NCBI GenBank assembly: GCA_947453225.1
Contig: CANGFV010000001.1
Span: 2,737 to 66,736, forward strand
Direction of reading: 5' to 3'
Source of the DNA: Pseudomonadota bacterium
GTDB taxonomy: Bacteria; Pseudomonadota; Gammaproteobacteria; Steroidobacterales; Steroidobacteraceae
DNA length: 64,000 nucleotides
This document shows, piece after piece, positions 47,017 to 57,402 of the stretch. Positions within the stretch are counted from its first letter, which is position 1; the number at the start of each line of letters is the position of its first letter. The notes beneath the pieces were generated by a model. It did not search any database. It had not been told where the DNA came from and saw only the letters and a program-made list of their open reading frames with translations. Position numbers and translations under genes: made by a program.

Positions 47017-47169
47017 AGTGATTAGTAAGATCTAATCGCTGCGTATGGCGATATTTCTGATGCTAATAACTATAAAAATAGATCTATAAACTAATCAAAA
47101 TACAAGTCTTGTTGGTGGCGTGCCGTTTCTGCATAGTGAGCGACTTATTTCTGTCTGAATAAGGTCGCC

Positions 47170-49539
47170 ATGCTGCCCTCGATTGAATCGCGTATTGCTA
47201 AAGAGTTATTGGTTAAGCCCACGCAAGTGGCAGCTGCGGTAGCGTTATTGGATGAAGGTGCAACAGTGCCCTTCATAGCGCGATATCGTAAGGAAGTGAC
47301 TGATGGCCTAGACGATACACAGCTGCGTACCTTGCAGGAACGACTGTTGTATCTGCGCGAATTAGAAGAACGCCGTGCGGCGATCTTAAAAAGTATTGCC
47401 GACCAGCAAAAGCTCACGCCTGAGCTGCAGGCCAGTATTCAAGCGGCAGAAACCAAGCAAACCCTCGAAGATTTATATTTACCTTACAAGCCAAAGCGTA
47501 GAACCAAGGCACAAATTGCGCGCGAGGCTGGTCTGGAGGCATTGGCGGACGCGTTGTTATCGAATCCTGCGCTCAGCCCAGAAGGTGAGGCCGAGAAATA
47601 TCTCAAGCCCGAGTTTACAAATGCTGAGGGGGATAAAAACCCTGGGGTTCCAGATGTGAAGGCGGCGCTGGAAGGTGCGCGACAGATTCTTATGGAACGC
47701 TTTGCCGAGGATGCAACTTTGTTAGGTTCACTTCGTGAACATATGCAGTCCAATGGTGTGATGCTTGCCAAGCTCGTTGAAGGCAAAGAGGCTGAAGGTG
47801 CAAAGTTTCGTGACTATTTTGAATACAGTGAAGCACTAAAAGAAATTCCCTCGCATCGTGCGCTGGCGTTATTTCGTGGTCGAACTGAAGAAATTCTGCG
47901 TTTGGCGCTCAAGCTACCAGAAGAACTATCGGCCGATGCTAAACCCTCGGATGTGCATGCGTGTGAACGCAAGATTGCGGCACGATTTGGTATTACTGAT
48001 CAGGCACGCCCTGCGGATGCGTGGTTGGCGCAAACGGTTCGTTGGACTTGGCAGGTGAAAGTGTCATGGCAGATTGAAAGTGAACTTTTTACTGCGTTGC
48101 GTGAGTCAGCGGAAGAAGAGGCGATTCGTGTGTTTGCGCGTAATCTGCACGACTTATTGCTAGCGGCGCCCGCGGGACGGCATGTCACGATGGGTTTAGA
48201 TCCTGGGATTCGTACGGGTGTTAAAGTCGCCGTGGTGGATCACACCGGCAAAGTACTTGATACCTCGACGGTTTATCCACATCAACCGCGTAATGATTGG
48301 GACGGTGCGCTACATACACTAGCCTTACTTATTATTAAGCACAAAGTTGACTTAATTAGTATTGGTAATGGCACGGCTTCGCGTGAAACTGACAAGTTGG
48401 CGGCTGAGCTCATCAAAAAATTACCTGATCTTAAATTAACCAAGCTAGTGGTTTCAGAGGCAGGGGCTTCTGTGTATTCCGCATCAGAATTGGCTTCGAA
48501 AGAATTGCCAGATCTTGATGTAAGTTTACGCGGTGCGGTATCTATTGCGCGTCGGTTACAAGATCCGTTGGCTGAGTTAGTGAAGATTGATCCAAAATCT
48601 ATTGGTGTCGGTCAGTATCAACATGATGTGAATCAAAGTAGGTTGGCACGTTCGTTGGATGCAGTAGTAGAAGACTGCGTGAATGCAGTGGGTGTGGATG
48701 TGAATACCGCCTCTCCAGCATTGCTGGCAAGAATTTCCGGTTTGTCGTCGTCTATTGCTGAGAATGTGGTGAGCTTTCGTAATCAGCATGGCGCGTTTAA
48801 GTCGCGTGCTGAGTTGCTTAAAGTGCCACGATTGGGCGCGAAAACTTATGAACAAGCGGCTGGCTTTTTGCGCGTTATGAGTGGAGATAACCCACTCGAT
48901 GCTTCAGCGGTGCATCCTGAAGCATATCCATTGGTGGAACGAATCTTGGCTGATCTGCAAAAGCCAATTAAATCAGTGATGGGAGATGTTACGACGCTTA
49001 AAGCGATCAACGCGCCTAAATATACCGATGACAAATTTGGCCTGCCGACGGTGCGAGATATTATCAAAGAATTAGAAAAGCCCGGCCGTGATCCGCGTCC
49101 TGAATTTAAGACGGCAGAATTTAAGGAAGGTGTTGAAGAAATTGCAGATCTCAAGCCAAGTATGGTGCTTGAAGGCGTGATTACCAATGTGACTAATTTT
49201 GGTGCCTTCGTCGATATTGGCGTACATCAAGATGGTTTGGTACATATCTCAATGCTGTCGAATAAGTTCATCAAAGATCCACGTGAAGTAGTGAAAGCCG
49301 GTGAGGTAGTTAAGGTGAAGGTGTTGGAAGTAGATGCACCTAGAAAGCGAATTGCTTTGACCATGCGACTTGAGGATTCACCAGTACGAGCTGCGCCATC
49401 GGGCGCTACAGGTCGACCCCAAAATTCTAGTGAACGTCGGCAGTCGGCACGTCAACCCACGCGAGCACAAGAATCTAATTCAAGTGTGGGTGGTGGCATG
49501 ATGGCGGATGCCCTGTTGAAGGCACTGGGTAAGAAATAA
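47170..49539 (+). CDS. tex: Tex (YhgF) transcription accessory protein with a C-terminal S1 domain
   Basis: N-terminus [34 protein letters not shown], a YqgF/RuvC-like region ([16 protein letters not shown]), HhH, and an S1 domain ([17 protein letters not shown]). Confidence 0.95.
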   Translation: MLPSIESRIAKELLVKPTQVAAAVALLDEGATVPFIARYRKEVTDGLDDTQLRTLQERLLYLRELEERRAAILKSIADQQKLTPELQASIQAAETKQTLEDLYLPYKPKRRTKAQIAREAGLEALADALLSNPALSPEGEAEKYLKPEFTNAEGDKNPGVPDVKAALEGARQILMERFAEDATLLGSLREHMQSNGVMLAKLVEGKEAEGAKFRDYFEYSEALKEIPSHRALALFRGRTEEILRLALKLPEELSADAKPSDVHACERKIAARFGITDQARPADAWLAQTVRWTWQVKVSWQIESELFTALRESAEEEAIRVFARNLHDLLLAAPAGRHVTMGLDPGIRTGVKVAVVDHTGKVLDTSTVYPHQPRNDWDGALHTLALLIIKHKVDLISIGNGTASRETDKLAAELIKKLPDLKLTKLVVSEAGASVYSASELASKELPDLDVSLRGAVSIARRLQDPLAELVKIDPKSIGVGQYQHDVNQSRLARSLDAVVEDCVNAVGVDVNTASPALLARISGLSSSIAENVVSFRNQHGAFKSRAELLKVPRLGAKTYEQAAGFLRVMSGDNPLDASAVHPEAYPLVERILADLQKPIKSVMGDVTTLKAINAPKYTDDKFGLPTVRDIIKELEKPGRDPRPEFKTAEFKEGVEEIADLKPSMVLEGVITNVTNFGAFVDIGVHQDGLVHISMLSNKFIKDPREVVKAGEVVKVKVLEVDAPRKRIALTMRLEDSPVRAAPSGATGRPQNSSERRQSARQPTRAQESNSSVGGGMMADALLKALGKK

Positions 49540-49564
49540 ATATCGGTTGCAACCCGTGGCAAGT

Positions 49565-49813
49565 TTATGGCTTGCCATCACCGGGCAAATGATCAGGGTT
49601 GAAGTTTAAAATTTCGCAAATTCTTACAGCGACATTGATCAGTGTTTGCGCGCACGGTTCACAACCGCCACCACAACACAGCGGCCATTGCTGCATCGGC
49701 ATCGCAAATAAAGGCCGCACACAAGGCGCGTAGTAATCGGGCATCCCCAGTTCGCTACTGGCTTGGGCTAGCGCTTGATTAAATTCGGTGGAGTGATTAT
49801 CGAATGGCTGCAT
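49565..49813 (-). CDS. Small Cys-rich protein (CCGGGCEPC motif; Oxidored-like-domain type)
   Basis: 82-aa ORF with PLCCGGGCEPCAQTL, reminiscent of the CC-x-SGC-x-x-C Oxidored-like domain. Coding status is not otherwise supported. Confidence 0.4.
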   Translation of the reverse strand: MQPFDNHSTEFNQALAQASSELGMPDYYAPCVRPLFAMPMQQWPLCCGGGCEPCAQTLINVAVRICEILNFNPDHLPGDGKP

Positions 49814-50081
49814 GCCGTTAATAATAATAAAAATAATGTCTTATGACGATTGATTACGTGATTGCTATCCCATCAAATATTACCCGTAAGAAAAATATCA
49901 CTCTGCCAGTGTGAATAATTAAGTGGAAGCCAGTCTGAGGTTAGGTATCCGTCACAATTGCTGGGCAGACGTGAATTATCAATGATAAGAACAGCCTATG
50001 TTGGATCCGCTAGGCCGAGTAATTGAGGTGCTGGTTCATGAGTGGATCAGCTGAATTGACTAATTTATCTGGAGACTACTT

Positions 50082-50249
50082 ATGAGTATTAAGAATTTGA
50101 TGATGGCTTTCATCCGTGAAGAAGAAGGGCTGACCATGGTTGAATATGCGGTTGCCGGTGGGCTCATTGCTGCAGGATTGGTTGTTATATTTACTAATCT
50201 TGGCACTGCGATAACGGCAAAGATACAGGAGATCATTGACGCTCTTTAA
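50082..50249 (+). CDS. flp: Flp/Fap family pilin (Tad pilus major subunit)
   Basis: 55-aa ORF missing from the track (under 60 aa): MSIKNLMMAFIREEEG/LTMVEYAVAGGLIAAGLVVIFTNLGTAITAKIQEIIDAL. It has the Flp motif G-XXXX-EY, a hydrophobic helix, and RBS ggaga 6 nt upstream. It lies directly upstream of the prepilin peptidase gene. Confidence 0.8.
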   Translation: MSIKNLMMAFIREEEGLTMVEYAVAGGLIAAGLVVIFTNLGTAITAKIQEIIDAL

Positions 50250-50278
50250 TCCCTTGGGGGTGAGTGTCGAGACTGTGG

Positions 50279-50318
50279 TTGGCATTCAGTCTGTCTCTTG
50301 AATGCCAATCTTTCTATT
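50279..50318 (+). terminator. Hairpin plus T-rich tract after flp (likely attenuating terminator)
   Basis: TTGGCATTCA-GTCTGTCTCT-TGAATGCCAA (10-bp perfect stem) followed by TCTTTCTATT. It sits between flp and cpaA. Confidence 0.6.
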
Positions 50319-50328
50319 GTGAATAGAT

Positions 50329-50895
50329 ATGAATATGAAAATTATAGGTAGTGGGATATTAATTATTTATGTCTTGTCTGCCGCTGCCGTTGATTTAACG
50401 AAGCACCGAATACCTAACTGGTTGTCTGGTATGGCGGGTATTTTAGCGTTGCTATTTCAAACATTATTTTTTGGGTTTTCAGGATTTCTAGATTCTTTTT
50501 TAGGATGTCTCGTTGGCTTCTCCATATTTTTCCCTTTTTATTTGTGGAGGGCTTTTGGCGCCGGGGATGTGAAGGCCATGGCAGTGATTGGGATGTTTCT
50601 GGGTCCTAAAGGCGCGCTATTTGCTTCTTTGGCAACGTTAATTGCAGGTAGTCTGATCGGTCTGGTTTATTTATGGCGATCCAGTGGTTCTGTACAAAGA
50701 ACATGGCATCGTTTTCTGGGTATTGTCCTGTCTCCGTTTGTGTTGTTAAGTAGCAAGGCATCTACAATTCCCGTGCCGTTTGCTGCATACAATTTTGAAG
50801 GCAAGTCGCAAGATAAGTTTCCTTATGGCGTCTCTATTGCTGTAGGAACTTTGGTATCGCTTTGGTATACAGGCGCCATGTCATATTTTAATTAA
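50329..50895 (+). CDS. cpaA: Flp prepilin peptidase (A24 family, CpaA/TadV)
   Basis: Polytopic membrane protein with the two catalytic Asp contexts AAVDLTKHRIPN and GAGDVKAM. Confidence 0.85.
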   Translation: MNMKIIGSGILIIYVLSAAAVDLTKHRIPNWLSGMAGILALLFQTLFFGFSGFLDSFLGCLVGFSIFFPFYLWRAFGAGDVKAMAVIGMFLGPKGALFASLATLIAGSLIGLVYLWRSSGSVQRTWHRFLGIVLSPFVLLSSKASTIPVPFAAYNFEGKSQDKFPYGVSIAVGTLVSLWYTGAMSYFN

Positions 50896-51173
50896 GAGTT
50901 TTGATCGCGCAATGAGACTTTTCTTCTCTAAAAATAATGAAGAGTTGGCTTGTGCAATCTATTCTTAAATTTTAATAAATACAAATTTTCGTATTCGTAT
51001 TTTTCTCACCCGTCTTGATAAAAGTTATCTGGTTTTATGACCAGGCTGCGCCAATAAAAATTTGGAGTTCTCATCCAATAAGCTCTGTGGATCACCTATG
51101 TCAGGTTAGTGTGATTACGTACAGACAGCGCTAATGTATTTCATCACGATGTCAATCATATTCGAGGATTGTT

Positions 51174-52013
51174 GTGATGCTAAAAATACGCGGTTGGTAC
51201 ATGGTGGTCATCTCTCTGATTCTAGGACTTATCGCTGCTTGGTTGGCTAGCGAGTGGCTTGGTAATAAAGCCCTATTAGTTGAAGCTAAGAATGCGGATG
51301 TGAACGTTGCGGTCGCCGCAACGGAAATTCCCTACGGTACTACGATCGAATCCAAGCATGTCAATTTGATAAAAATTCGTAAAGGTACTGAAATTGGTGC
51401 TTACTTCACAGCTGCCGATCAGGTGGTCGGTCAAGTGGCCAAGCAGAAGTTGCTTTCAGGGGAGATCTTGCTCAAGGACAAATTTACTGAGTCTGGTGCA
51501 GGTAGCACATTGGCGGCTTTAATCCGACCCCAAATGCGAGCAGTGACAGTTCGCGTTGATGATGTTGTGGGTGTCGCAGGGTTCTTGCTTCCTGGTAATC
51601 ATGTCGATGTGATGGCAGCACGAAAAGTAGAAGACCGTGCGACGACTCGAACCATACTTTCAGATCTAAACGTCTTAGCAGTTGATCAGACCTCGGGTGT
51701 TGATAAAAACGAGCCAGTCGTGGTGCGCGCTGTAACGCTAGAAGTGACGCCGCAGCAAGCTGAGATCCTCATGCGCGCACGCGAGGAGGGGCGCATTCAG
51801 CTTACCTTGAGAAATCCAAATGATTTTTCTGTGTTGCCAGAAGCGGTTGAGGTTGAAAAGCCCATTGAGAAGAAGGTTGAACAACAGGTAGCTACCGCTC
51901 CAATGGTGCCCTCAAGACGGGTACGTGCTGTCACTCCTGCTGTGCAAGTCAAGATAGAGCCTGAAGTTACAGTAATTCGTGGCACGTATGTCAATGGCGT
52001 GCCGTCGAAATAA
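51174..52013 (+). CDS. cpaB: Flp pilus assembly protein CpaB/RcpC
   Basis: N-terminal TM anchor and SAF-like domain (VAVAATEIPYGTTIE). RcpC region RAVTVRVDDVVGVAGFLLPGNHVDV ... NVLAVDQ ... VTLEVTPQQAEIL. Confidence 0.85.
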   Translation: MMLKIRGWYMVVISLILGLIAAWLASEWLGNKALLVEAKNADVNVAVAATEIPYGTTIESKHVNLIKIRKGTEIGAYFTAADQVVGQVAKQKLLSGEILLKDKFTESGAGSTLAALIRPQMRAVTVRVDDVVGVAGFLLPGNHVDVMAARKVEDRATTRTILSDLNVLAVDQTSGVDKNEPVVVRAVTLEVTPQQAEILMRAREEGRIQLTLRNPNDFSVLPEAVEVEKPIEKKVEQQVATAPMVPSRRVRAVTPAVQVKIEPEVTVIRGTYVNGVPSK

Positions 52014-52058
52014 TTAAGTTTATATCTTACTAATAGTGAATTTATAGGAAGCCGCTCA

Positions 52059-53606
52059 ATGAGTATTAAGCACATATCGTTAATATTCGGAATAACTTTA
52101 CTTGGTTTGTTTCTTGGGCCGGATGTTTTGTTCGCGCAGGATACTTCTGAGCAGGTGATTCACGCCGGGCGAAATACATCGGTACAAGTGCCCATATATA
52201 AAAGTCGTGTGATTGTTGTGTCGGCGCCTATCAAGCGCGTTTCGGTGGGTAATCCAGATATTGCTGATGTGTTAGTACTCGGTGCTGATGATTTATATAT
52301 CCTGGGCAAAGACCTGGGTAGTACCAACGTTTTGTTATGGGATAAGAACGATGTGCTTATTAGTTCATTACAAGTGTCCATCACTCATGATCTTGAAGGG
52401 TTGCATAACCAGTTATTAGCTGTATTGCCCGACGAAAAAATTGGTGTCGCTAGTGTACAGCGTGATTTGGTACTGTCAGGACGATTAACTAATGTGATGA
52501 ATATGGATGCTGCCTTAAAGCTTGCTAATTCATTCTTAGAACAGGCGGCAACTGCAAAAGAAAAGATTATGTTTTCGCAGCAAAAAACCAATGGTTCTGG
52601 AGATGGCGCTAGTGGAGATAAGCATGCCGGTCAGGTCATTAACCTGATGACCATTGGCGGCCGTTCCCAGCAGGTGATGTTGCAGGTCAAGGTGGCCGAA
52701 GTTAATCGCGATGCTGTGAAAAACATGAATGCACAAATGAATGCAATGAAGAGCGGATCAAAAATTTCAGTCGGTGCAGTCAATGGAGGTGCGACCTTTC
52801 CCGATGTAGTATTTGCGGATGGTCTCAATCACTCAGTGCTTGGTACCCAGATGCCTTGGGGTCCGGCAGTAAATTCATTTACACCGAACATGTCGACCAT
52901 CACTAATGCTGGAATCTTTGCTAGTTATTTGGGTAGTGGCATTGCCGCCAATTTAGTGCTTGATGCGTATCAGGATAAGGGCTTGGCCAAAATTCTGGCT
53001 GAGCCGACGTTAACTACTTTGTCAGGCCAAGATGCGCAATTTCTCTCTGGGGGTAGTTTTCCGATTCCGGTTTCAACAGGCAACAATGCGGTAGGTGTCG
53101 AATTTAAGGATTATGGAGTTAAGTTGCAGTTTTTGCCTCTGGTGTTGGATGGAGACCGGATTAACTTAAAGCTCAATATCAGTGTCAGTGAGTTAGGTCA
53201 AAGTACCGCATTGAAAGTCGCTGCAGGTACCACTGCATTATTCAATATCCCATCGCTCACTGAACGCCGTGCCATGTCTACCGTAGAGTTGTTAGATGGA
53301 CAGAGCATCAGTATTGCCGGATTGATGAATGAAAACATGCGCACATCGATTAGTAAGTTCCCATGGCTTGGTGATGTGCCTATTCTGGGCGCGCTATTTC
53401 GCTCGCAGCAATTTCAGAAAGGTCAGACCGAGTTGATGATTATCGTCACCGCAACGCTGGCAAAACCAATGATGCCTGGGGACATGAAATTACCCACCGA
53501 TTCAGTGATTGAGCCCACAGACAATCAATTTTTCTTTGGTGGAAAAATTGAAGGTTCGGTCACTTCGGCTCCATCTAATCAGTCGACAGACACCAACGCG
53601 AAATAA
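52059..53606 (+). CDS. cpaC: Tad secretin CpaC/RcpA
   Basis: Signal peptide, BON/N-domain (VSVGNPDIADVLVL), and secretin C-domain (LAEPTLTTLSGQDAQFLSGGSFPIPV ... FPWLGDVPILGALFRS). Confidence 0.9.
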   Translation: MSIKHISLIFGITLLGLFLGPDVLFAQDTSEQVIHAGRNTSVQVPIYKSRVIVVSAPIKRVSVGNPDIADVLVLGADDLYILGKDLGSTNVLLWDKNDVLISSLQVSITHDLEGLHNQLLAVLPDEKIGVASVQRDLVLSGRLTNVMNMDAALKLANSFLEQAATAKEKIMFSQQKTNGSGDGASGDKHAGQVINLMTIGGRSQQVMLQVKVAEVNRDAVKNMNAQMNAMKSGSKISVGAVNGGATFPDVVFADGLNHSVLGTQMPWGPAVNSFTPNMSTITNAGIFASYLGSGIAANLVLDAYQDKGLAKILAEPTLTTLSGQDAQFLSGGSFPIPVSTGNNAVGVEFKDYGVKLQFLPLVLDGDRINLKLNISVSELGQSTALKVAAGTTALFNIPSLTERRAMSTVELLDGQSISIAGLMNENMRTSISKFPWLGDVPILGALFRSQQFQKGQTELMIIVTATLAKPMMPGDMKLPTDSVIEPTDNQFFFGGKIEGSVTSAPSNQSTDTNAK

Positions 53607-53620
53607 AGTAGGTCATAGCT

Positions 53621-53926
53621 ATGCGTACTCACCGTTATTGCAAATCGTTCAATGCTGTTTCAATGATTACTACTGTTGTATTCGCAGTGCCCCAGCTTTC
53701 TGGATGTGCGGATACCCCACATGCGGATGCGGCGTATGGTGCAGCGTACCGTCAAATGATTCAACAGCAGACGGTCAATCCTGAGGCCGCAATCAATCCA
53801 CCGGTCCAAGTACTGGAGGAAGCGGATGCTCAGCGGCTTAGTGAAGCATTAGAGGTCTACCGTGGCGATGTGGGTAAAGGAACCGCCGAGGTAAAACGGA
53901 CTTTGCAATTTGATGTCGGTAAGTAA
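53621..53926 (+). CDS. Small lipoprotein of unknown function, at the RcpB position after the secretin
   Basis: Lipobox LSGC after a hydrophobic segment. 101 aa. Tightly spaced between cpaC and tadG. Confidence 0.5.
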   Translation: MRTHRYCKSFNAVSMITTVVFAVPQLSGCADTPHADAAYGAAYRQMIQQQTVNPEAAINPPVQVLEEADAQRLSEALEVYRGDVGKGTAEVKRTLQFDVGK

Positions 53927-53934
53927 TTTATAAC

Positions 53935-55245
53935 ATGGAAATGGCGTGCATACTCTTACAGGCGTCTGCTTCACCTTTGCGCCAAGTTAGTGTGGCGCGA
54001 CAGCGCGGTGTCGTTACGGTATTGATGGCAATTAGTCTGCTCGCACTATTGGTCATGGTGGGTTTAGCGTTGGATACCGGCAACATTATGATTAATAAAA
54101 CGCGCCTCCAAAATGCGGTGGATGCAGCCGCATTAGCCGCCGCCAAGCGGTTTGATGAAATGGGTAATGCAGCCTCAGCAACCGACGAAGCTAAGAATGT
54201 ATTTTTGCTTAATGCGACTGCTAATGGGAATACAGCGCTTAAAGAGGCTTGGAAATCGGGTGCCGGTTCAATTCAGCTTGAGGTTAAGTATTCAACAACT
54301 CTACCCCCGTTTACTAGCAATACGACTCAAGGCCCCTATGTCAGAGTCAGGGCTTCTGGCTTTCAGGTGGATACTTGGTTGGTCCATTTGGTCGGTGTAG
54401 AACATGCCACGCTTTCTACCTCTGCGGTGGCGGGTCCGCAACCGGTGTCTACTGTGCACAATCCCGTGCCGTTAATGGTTTGTGGTGATCCAGCAGCAGG
54501 TGAGGGTAATCATTGGGGCTATACCCTTAATCAGGTGGTGGTACTGAAGAACTCAGATACGAGCTGTGGTTCGGCGGTGGGCAAGGGTAATTTCCAGTTG
54601 CTAGCTCTGGGTGGGACAGGTGCCGATCAGGTCAGAAACAATCTCGCTGGGGGCTTCGATCAGCCGGTTTCGGCGGGCAGTACGGTGCTAACAGAACCTG
54701 GAAATGTCGTTGGGCCAGTTCTACAAGGATTAAACACGCGCTTTGGGAGTTACCAAGGATCAATGCATGGTTTGGAGGCCATCTATCCGCCGGATGTCAT
54801 TATAGATCAGCAGCCTAATCCAGGGTTGTCTACCCAGTGCGTGAGTGGTCAACAGCGGATCAAGCTAGGTAGTAAGGAAATTACTAGTAGCAATATCGAT
54901 GAATTATACAATTACAGCGACTATACCTCTGATCTGGCTAATCCCGCCGTGTACGACTATCAGCCCCACAGCAATAGCGGCATCGGTGCCTACGATCGAA
55001 GAATGCTCGCAGTACCGGTAGTTAATTGTGAAAACACCAGTGGGGGTAGGGGCTCTGTCCCTGTGCTCGGTTTTGGGTGTTTCTGGCTCCTGCAACCGAT
55101 TCTGAAGGGGGGAAGTAGTTCCTATATATACGGTGAGTTTGTTGAAGAGTGTGCGGTCTCAGGCTCTGGAGGAGCAGGGACAGGAAGTCTTGATGGGCCA
55201 CACATCATTGTGTTGTACAACGATCCATTGGGGACAGGCTCATGA
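53935..55245 (+). CDS. tadG: TadG-like pseudopilin / Flp pilus assembly protein
   Basis: QRGVVTVLMAISLLALLVMVGLALDTGNIMINKTRLQNAVDAAALAAA matches the TadE/G-like N-terminal domain pattern. 436 aa. Confidence 0.75.
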   Translation: MEMACILLQASASPLRQVSVARQRGVVTVLMAISLLALLVMVGLALDTGNIMINKTRLQNAVDAAALAAAKRFDEMGNAASATDEAKNVFLLNATANGNTALKEAWKSGAGSIQLEVKYSTTLPPFTSNTTQGPYVRVRASGFQVDTWLVHLVGVEHATLSTSAVAGPQPVSTVHNPVPLMVCGDPAAGEGNHWGYTLNQVVVLKNSDTSCGSAVGKGNFQLLALGGTGADQVRNNLAGGFDQPVSAGSTVLTEPGNVVGPVLQGLNTRFGSYQGSMHGLEAIYPPDVIIDQQPNPGLSTQCVSGQQRIKLGSKEITSSNIDELYNYSDYTSDLANPAVYDYQPHSNSGIGAYDRRMLAVPVVNCENTSGGRGSVPVLGFGCFWLLQPILKGGSSSYIYGEFVEECAVSGSGGAGTGSLDGPHIIVLYNDPLGTGS

Positions 55246-55709
55246 AGCAGGATGCGCTCTTATTAAACCCGCGCTTACAGAGCGGCACAGCTCTGGTTGA
55301 GTTTGCCATAGCGCTACCGATCTTGCTTTTGCTGATGTTGGCGGTGGCGGAATTAGGGCGCTGCTTATACCAATATAACTCGCTGAATAAACAAGTACGC
55401 AATGCTGTGCGATATGTATCGGCTAATGCACGAGTGGGCTCGACCGGCGTGATTGATATCAGTGACGAGGTACGAAGCACAGCTAAACACCTTACTGTAT
55501 TTGGTACATTAAGTAATGATCAGGAGTTATTACCAGGACTTTCTATTGATGATGTCATCGTAGAAGAAACAACACCTGAGTATGTGTTGGTCACGGTCGA
55601 TTATGACTACCAACCCATGATCAGCTATGCGCTACCGACCTTTGGCTTGGGAGACGACCTCAGTTTGGGGTTGACGCTTCAAGCCAGTGTGGTGATGAGA
55701 GCGATATAA
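55242..55709 (+). CDS. tadE: TadE-like pseudopilin
   Basis: SGTALVEFAIALPILLLLMLAVAELGR (TadE N-terminal motif: G/xxxVEF plus a hydrophobic helix). Confidence 0.8.
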   Translation: MKQDALLLNPRLQSGTALVEFAIALPILLLLMLAVAELGRCLYQYNSLNKQVRNAVRYVSANARVGSTGVIDISDEVRSTAKHLTVFGTLSNDQELLPGLSIDDVIVEETTPEYVLVTVDYDYQPMISYALPTFGLGDDLSLGLTLQASVVMRAI

Positions 55710-56180
55710 ATGAATAAAAAACAACAAGGAACTACCCTCGTAGAATTTGCCTTAATAGTTGCGGGTCTATTGCTGCTACTGTTTTTTATTATTGAGCTTG
55801 GGCGAGCTCTATTTGTCTATAACGCATTAGCTGAAGGCACCCGTAGAGGGGCGCGACTGGCAGTAGTGTGCCCTATGAGCGAGATAGAAAAAATTAAATC
55901 TGCGGTGATATTTGGAAATGATGGCAGTAGCCTGATTGCGCAAGGACTGACCACAGCAAACGTACAAGTCTCTTATTTAAATACGCAAGACAAAGAAGAG
56001 GCTGACGGAGATAACGTTAGTTATGTGCGTGTGAAAATTATCAATTATAACCATCCATTTTTGGTTCCGTTTATTGAGTATTCGGGTAATGGACTATTGT
56101 CTGTTCCGGAATTTACGGCAGTGATTCCACGTGAAAGTTTGGGGTATGCGCCTACGACGAAAGAATATCCGCCTTGTTAA
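55710..56180 (+). CDS. TadE/TadF-like pseudopilin (second copy)
   Basis: QGTTLVEFALIVAGLLLLLFFIIELGRAL. 156 aa. Confidence 0.75.
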   Translation: MNKKQQGTTLVEFALIVAGLLLLLFFIIELGRALFVYNALAEGTRRGARLAVVCPMSEIEKIKSAVIFGNDGSSLIAQGLTTANVQVSYLNTQDKEEADGDNVSYVRVKIINYNHPFLVPFIEYSGNGLLSVPEFTAVIPRESLGYAPTTKEYPPC

Positions 56181-56195
56181 TATCGTGAGGAAAGT

Positions 56196-57398
56196 ATGGC
56201 AAACAAATTAATTATTTTGCTGGTCTCGAAGAAAGCGGGATCGGTCGATGCCTTAGAAAATATGTTGCGAGGCATAGGGTATGACTTGGTCGAGCACAAG
56301 TTATTAGCTCAAAACGGCAAGGAGCATATCTTTACAGCACAGAAGACTCCAGAAACTATCATAGTACGGGTAAGTGAACATTGGCATGAAGAACTCGAGT
56401 CAATTAGCGCTATGGATATTGGGCAGAGGCCAGCGTTAATTGTAGTGTCAGATATTTCAGACGCTGAAATGCTACGGTTGGCGCTGCATTCAGGGGCGCT
56501 GGACTTATTAACCTTGCCGCTGATCAAAGATGAGTTAATAAAACTACTAGGTCGATTGGGTGCGCCTAAACCAGTTGCTGAACCACGTGAGCAATCCAGG
56601 GTGATTTCGTTTATGAATACTCATGGCGGATGTGGATCAAGTTTTCTGGCGATGAATACTGCTCATGTGCTGGCTTCTAAATTCCAACGCCGAGTCGCAC
56701 TGATGGATTTAGAGCTGCAATTTGGCACGTTGCCGTTTTATCTGGATATCTACCCTAAGCGGGGCATCTCTCAGGCGTTGGAAAATTTAGACACCATTGA
56801 TGAGGTAGCCATCAAGGGGTATTTCACCAGTCATGCTTCAGGGGTAGATGTGCTCAGTAATGGCGTAGATCCGGGGGTGATTTGTAAAGATATTAGTCCG
56901 GAAAAAGTAACTGAACTAATAAAAATAGTGAGACGAGCCTATGAGTTTTTAATTATAGATATGCCGCGTCATCTTGAGCCAATGACCAAATTTACCATTA
57001 TGAATTCATCTCATGTGGTCTTAGTTATGCAGCAATCAGTGATCTCAATGGCTTGTGCAAGCAAGATTCTGAATTGCCTGCGTCATGAGATGGGACTGAG
57101 TGAAAATCAGTTGTTTTTAGTAATTAATCGATATGATCCTAAGGCATCGGTGTCCATTGAAGACATCAAAGATACTTTGAAAATCACAGATCCGCTGACC
57201 ATTGCTAGTGATTATGACTTTGTCTCTGAGTGTGTTAATTCAGGCACGCCAGCACTCACTCTAAATGCCAACAATGAAGTTTCTAGGTCAATTTTTAATT
57301 TAACTTCAAGGGTTAGTGATATTCCTATGCCAGAGTTAGGTGGTGGCTTCCTCAAGAAGCTGGCTTCTTATGTCGTTGTCAATGGTAGAGCTGGGTAG
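56196..57398 (+). CDS. tadZ: TadZ/CpaE: ParA/MinD-like ATPase with an N-terminal receiver-like domain
   Basis: N-terminal CheY-like fold (LIILLVS ... ALIVVSD ... GALDLLTLP) and a deviant Walker A region ([18 protein letters not shown]). It lies upstream of the CpaF ATPase gene. Confidence 0.8.
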   Translation: MANKLIILLVSKKAGSVDALENMLRGIGYDLVEHKLLAQNGKEHIFTAQKTPETIIVRVSEHWHEELESISAMDIGQRPALIVVSDISDAEMLRLALHSGALDLLTLPLIKDELIKLLGRLGAPKPVAEPREQSRVISFMNTHGGCGSSFLAMNTAHVLASKFQRRVALMDLELQFGTLPFYLDIYPKRGISQALENLDTIDEVAIKGYFTSHASGVDVLSNGVDPGVICKDISPEKVTELIKIVRRAYEFLIIDMPRHLEPMTKFTIMNSSHVVLVMQQSVISMACASKILNCLRHEMGLSENQLFLVINRYDPKASVSIEDIKDTLKITDPLTIASDYDFVSECVNSGTPALTLNANNEVSRSIFNLTSRVSDIPMPELGGGFLKKLASYVVVNGRAG

Positions 57399-57402
57399 CG
57401 CC

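Noticed and set aside
50076-50285. 69-aa minus-strand ORF in the track, covering the flp region.
   Set aside because: It is antisense to a much better-supported 55-aa Flp prepilin gene, which has an RBS, the G-XXXX-EY motif and the correct operon context. The antisense product has no recognisable features.
57340-57402. Upstream extension of cpaF, overlapping tadZ by 59 nt.
   Set aside because: An in-frame ATG at 57403 sits immediately after the tadZ stop, and the conserved CpaF sequence begins downstream of it.
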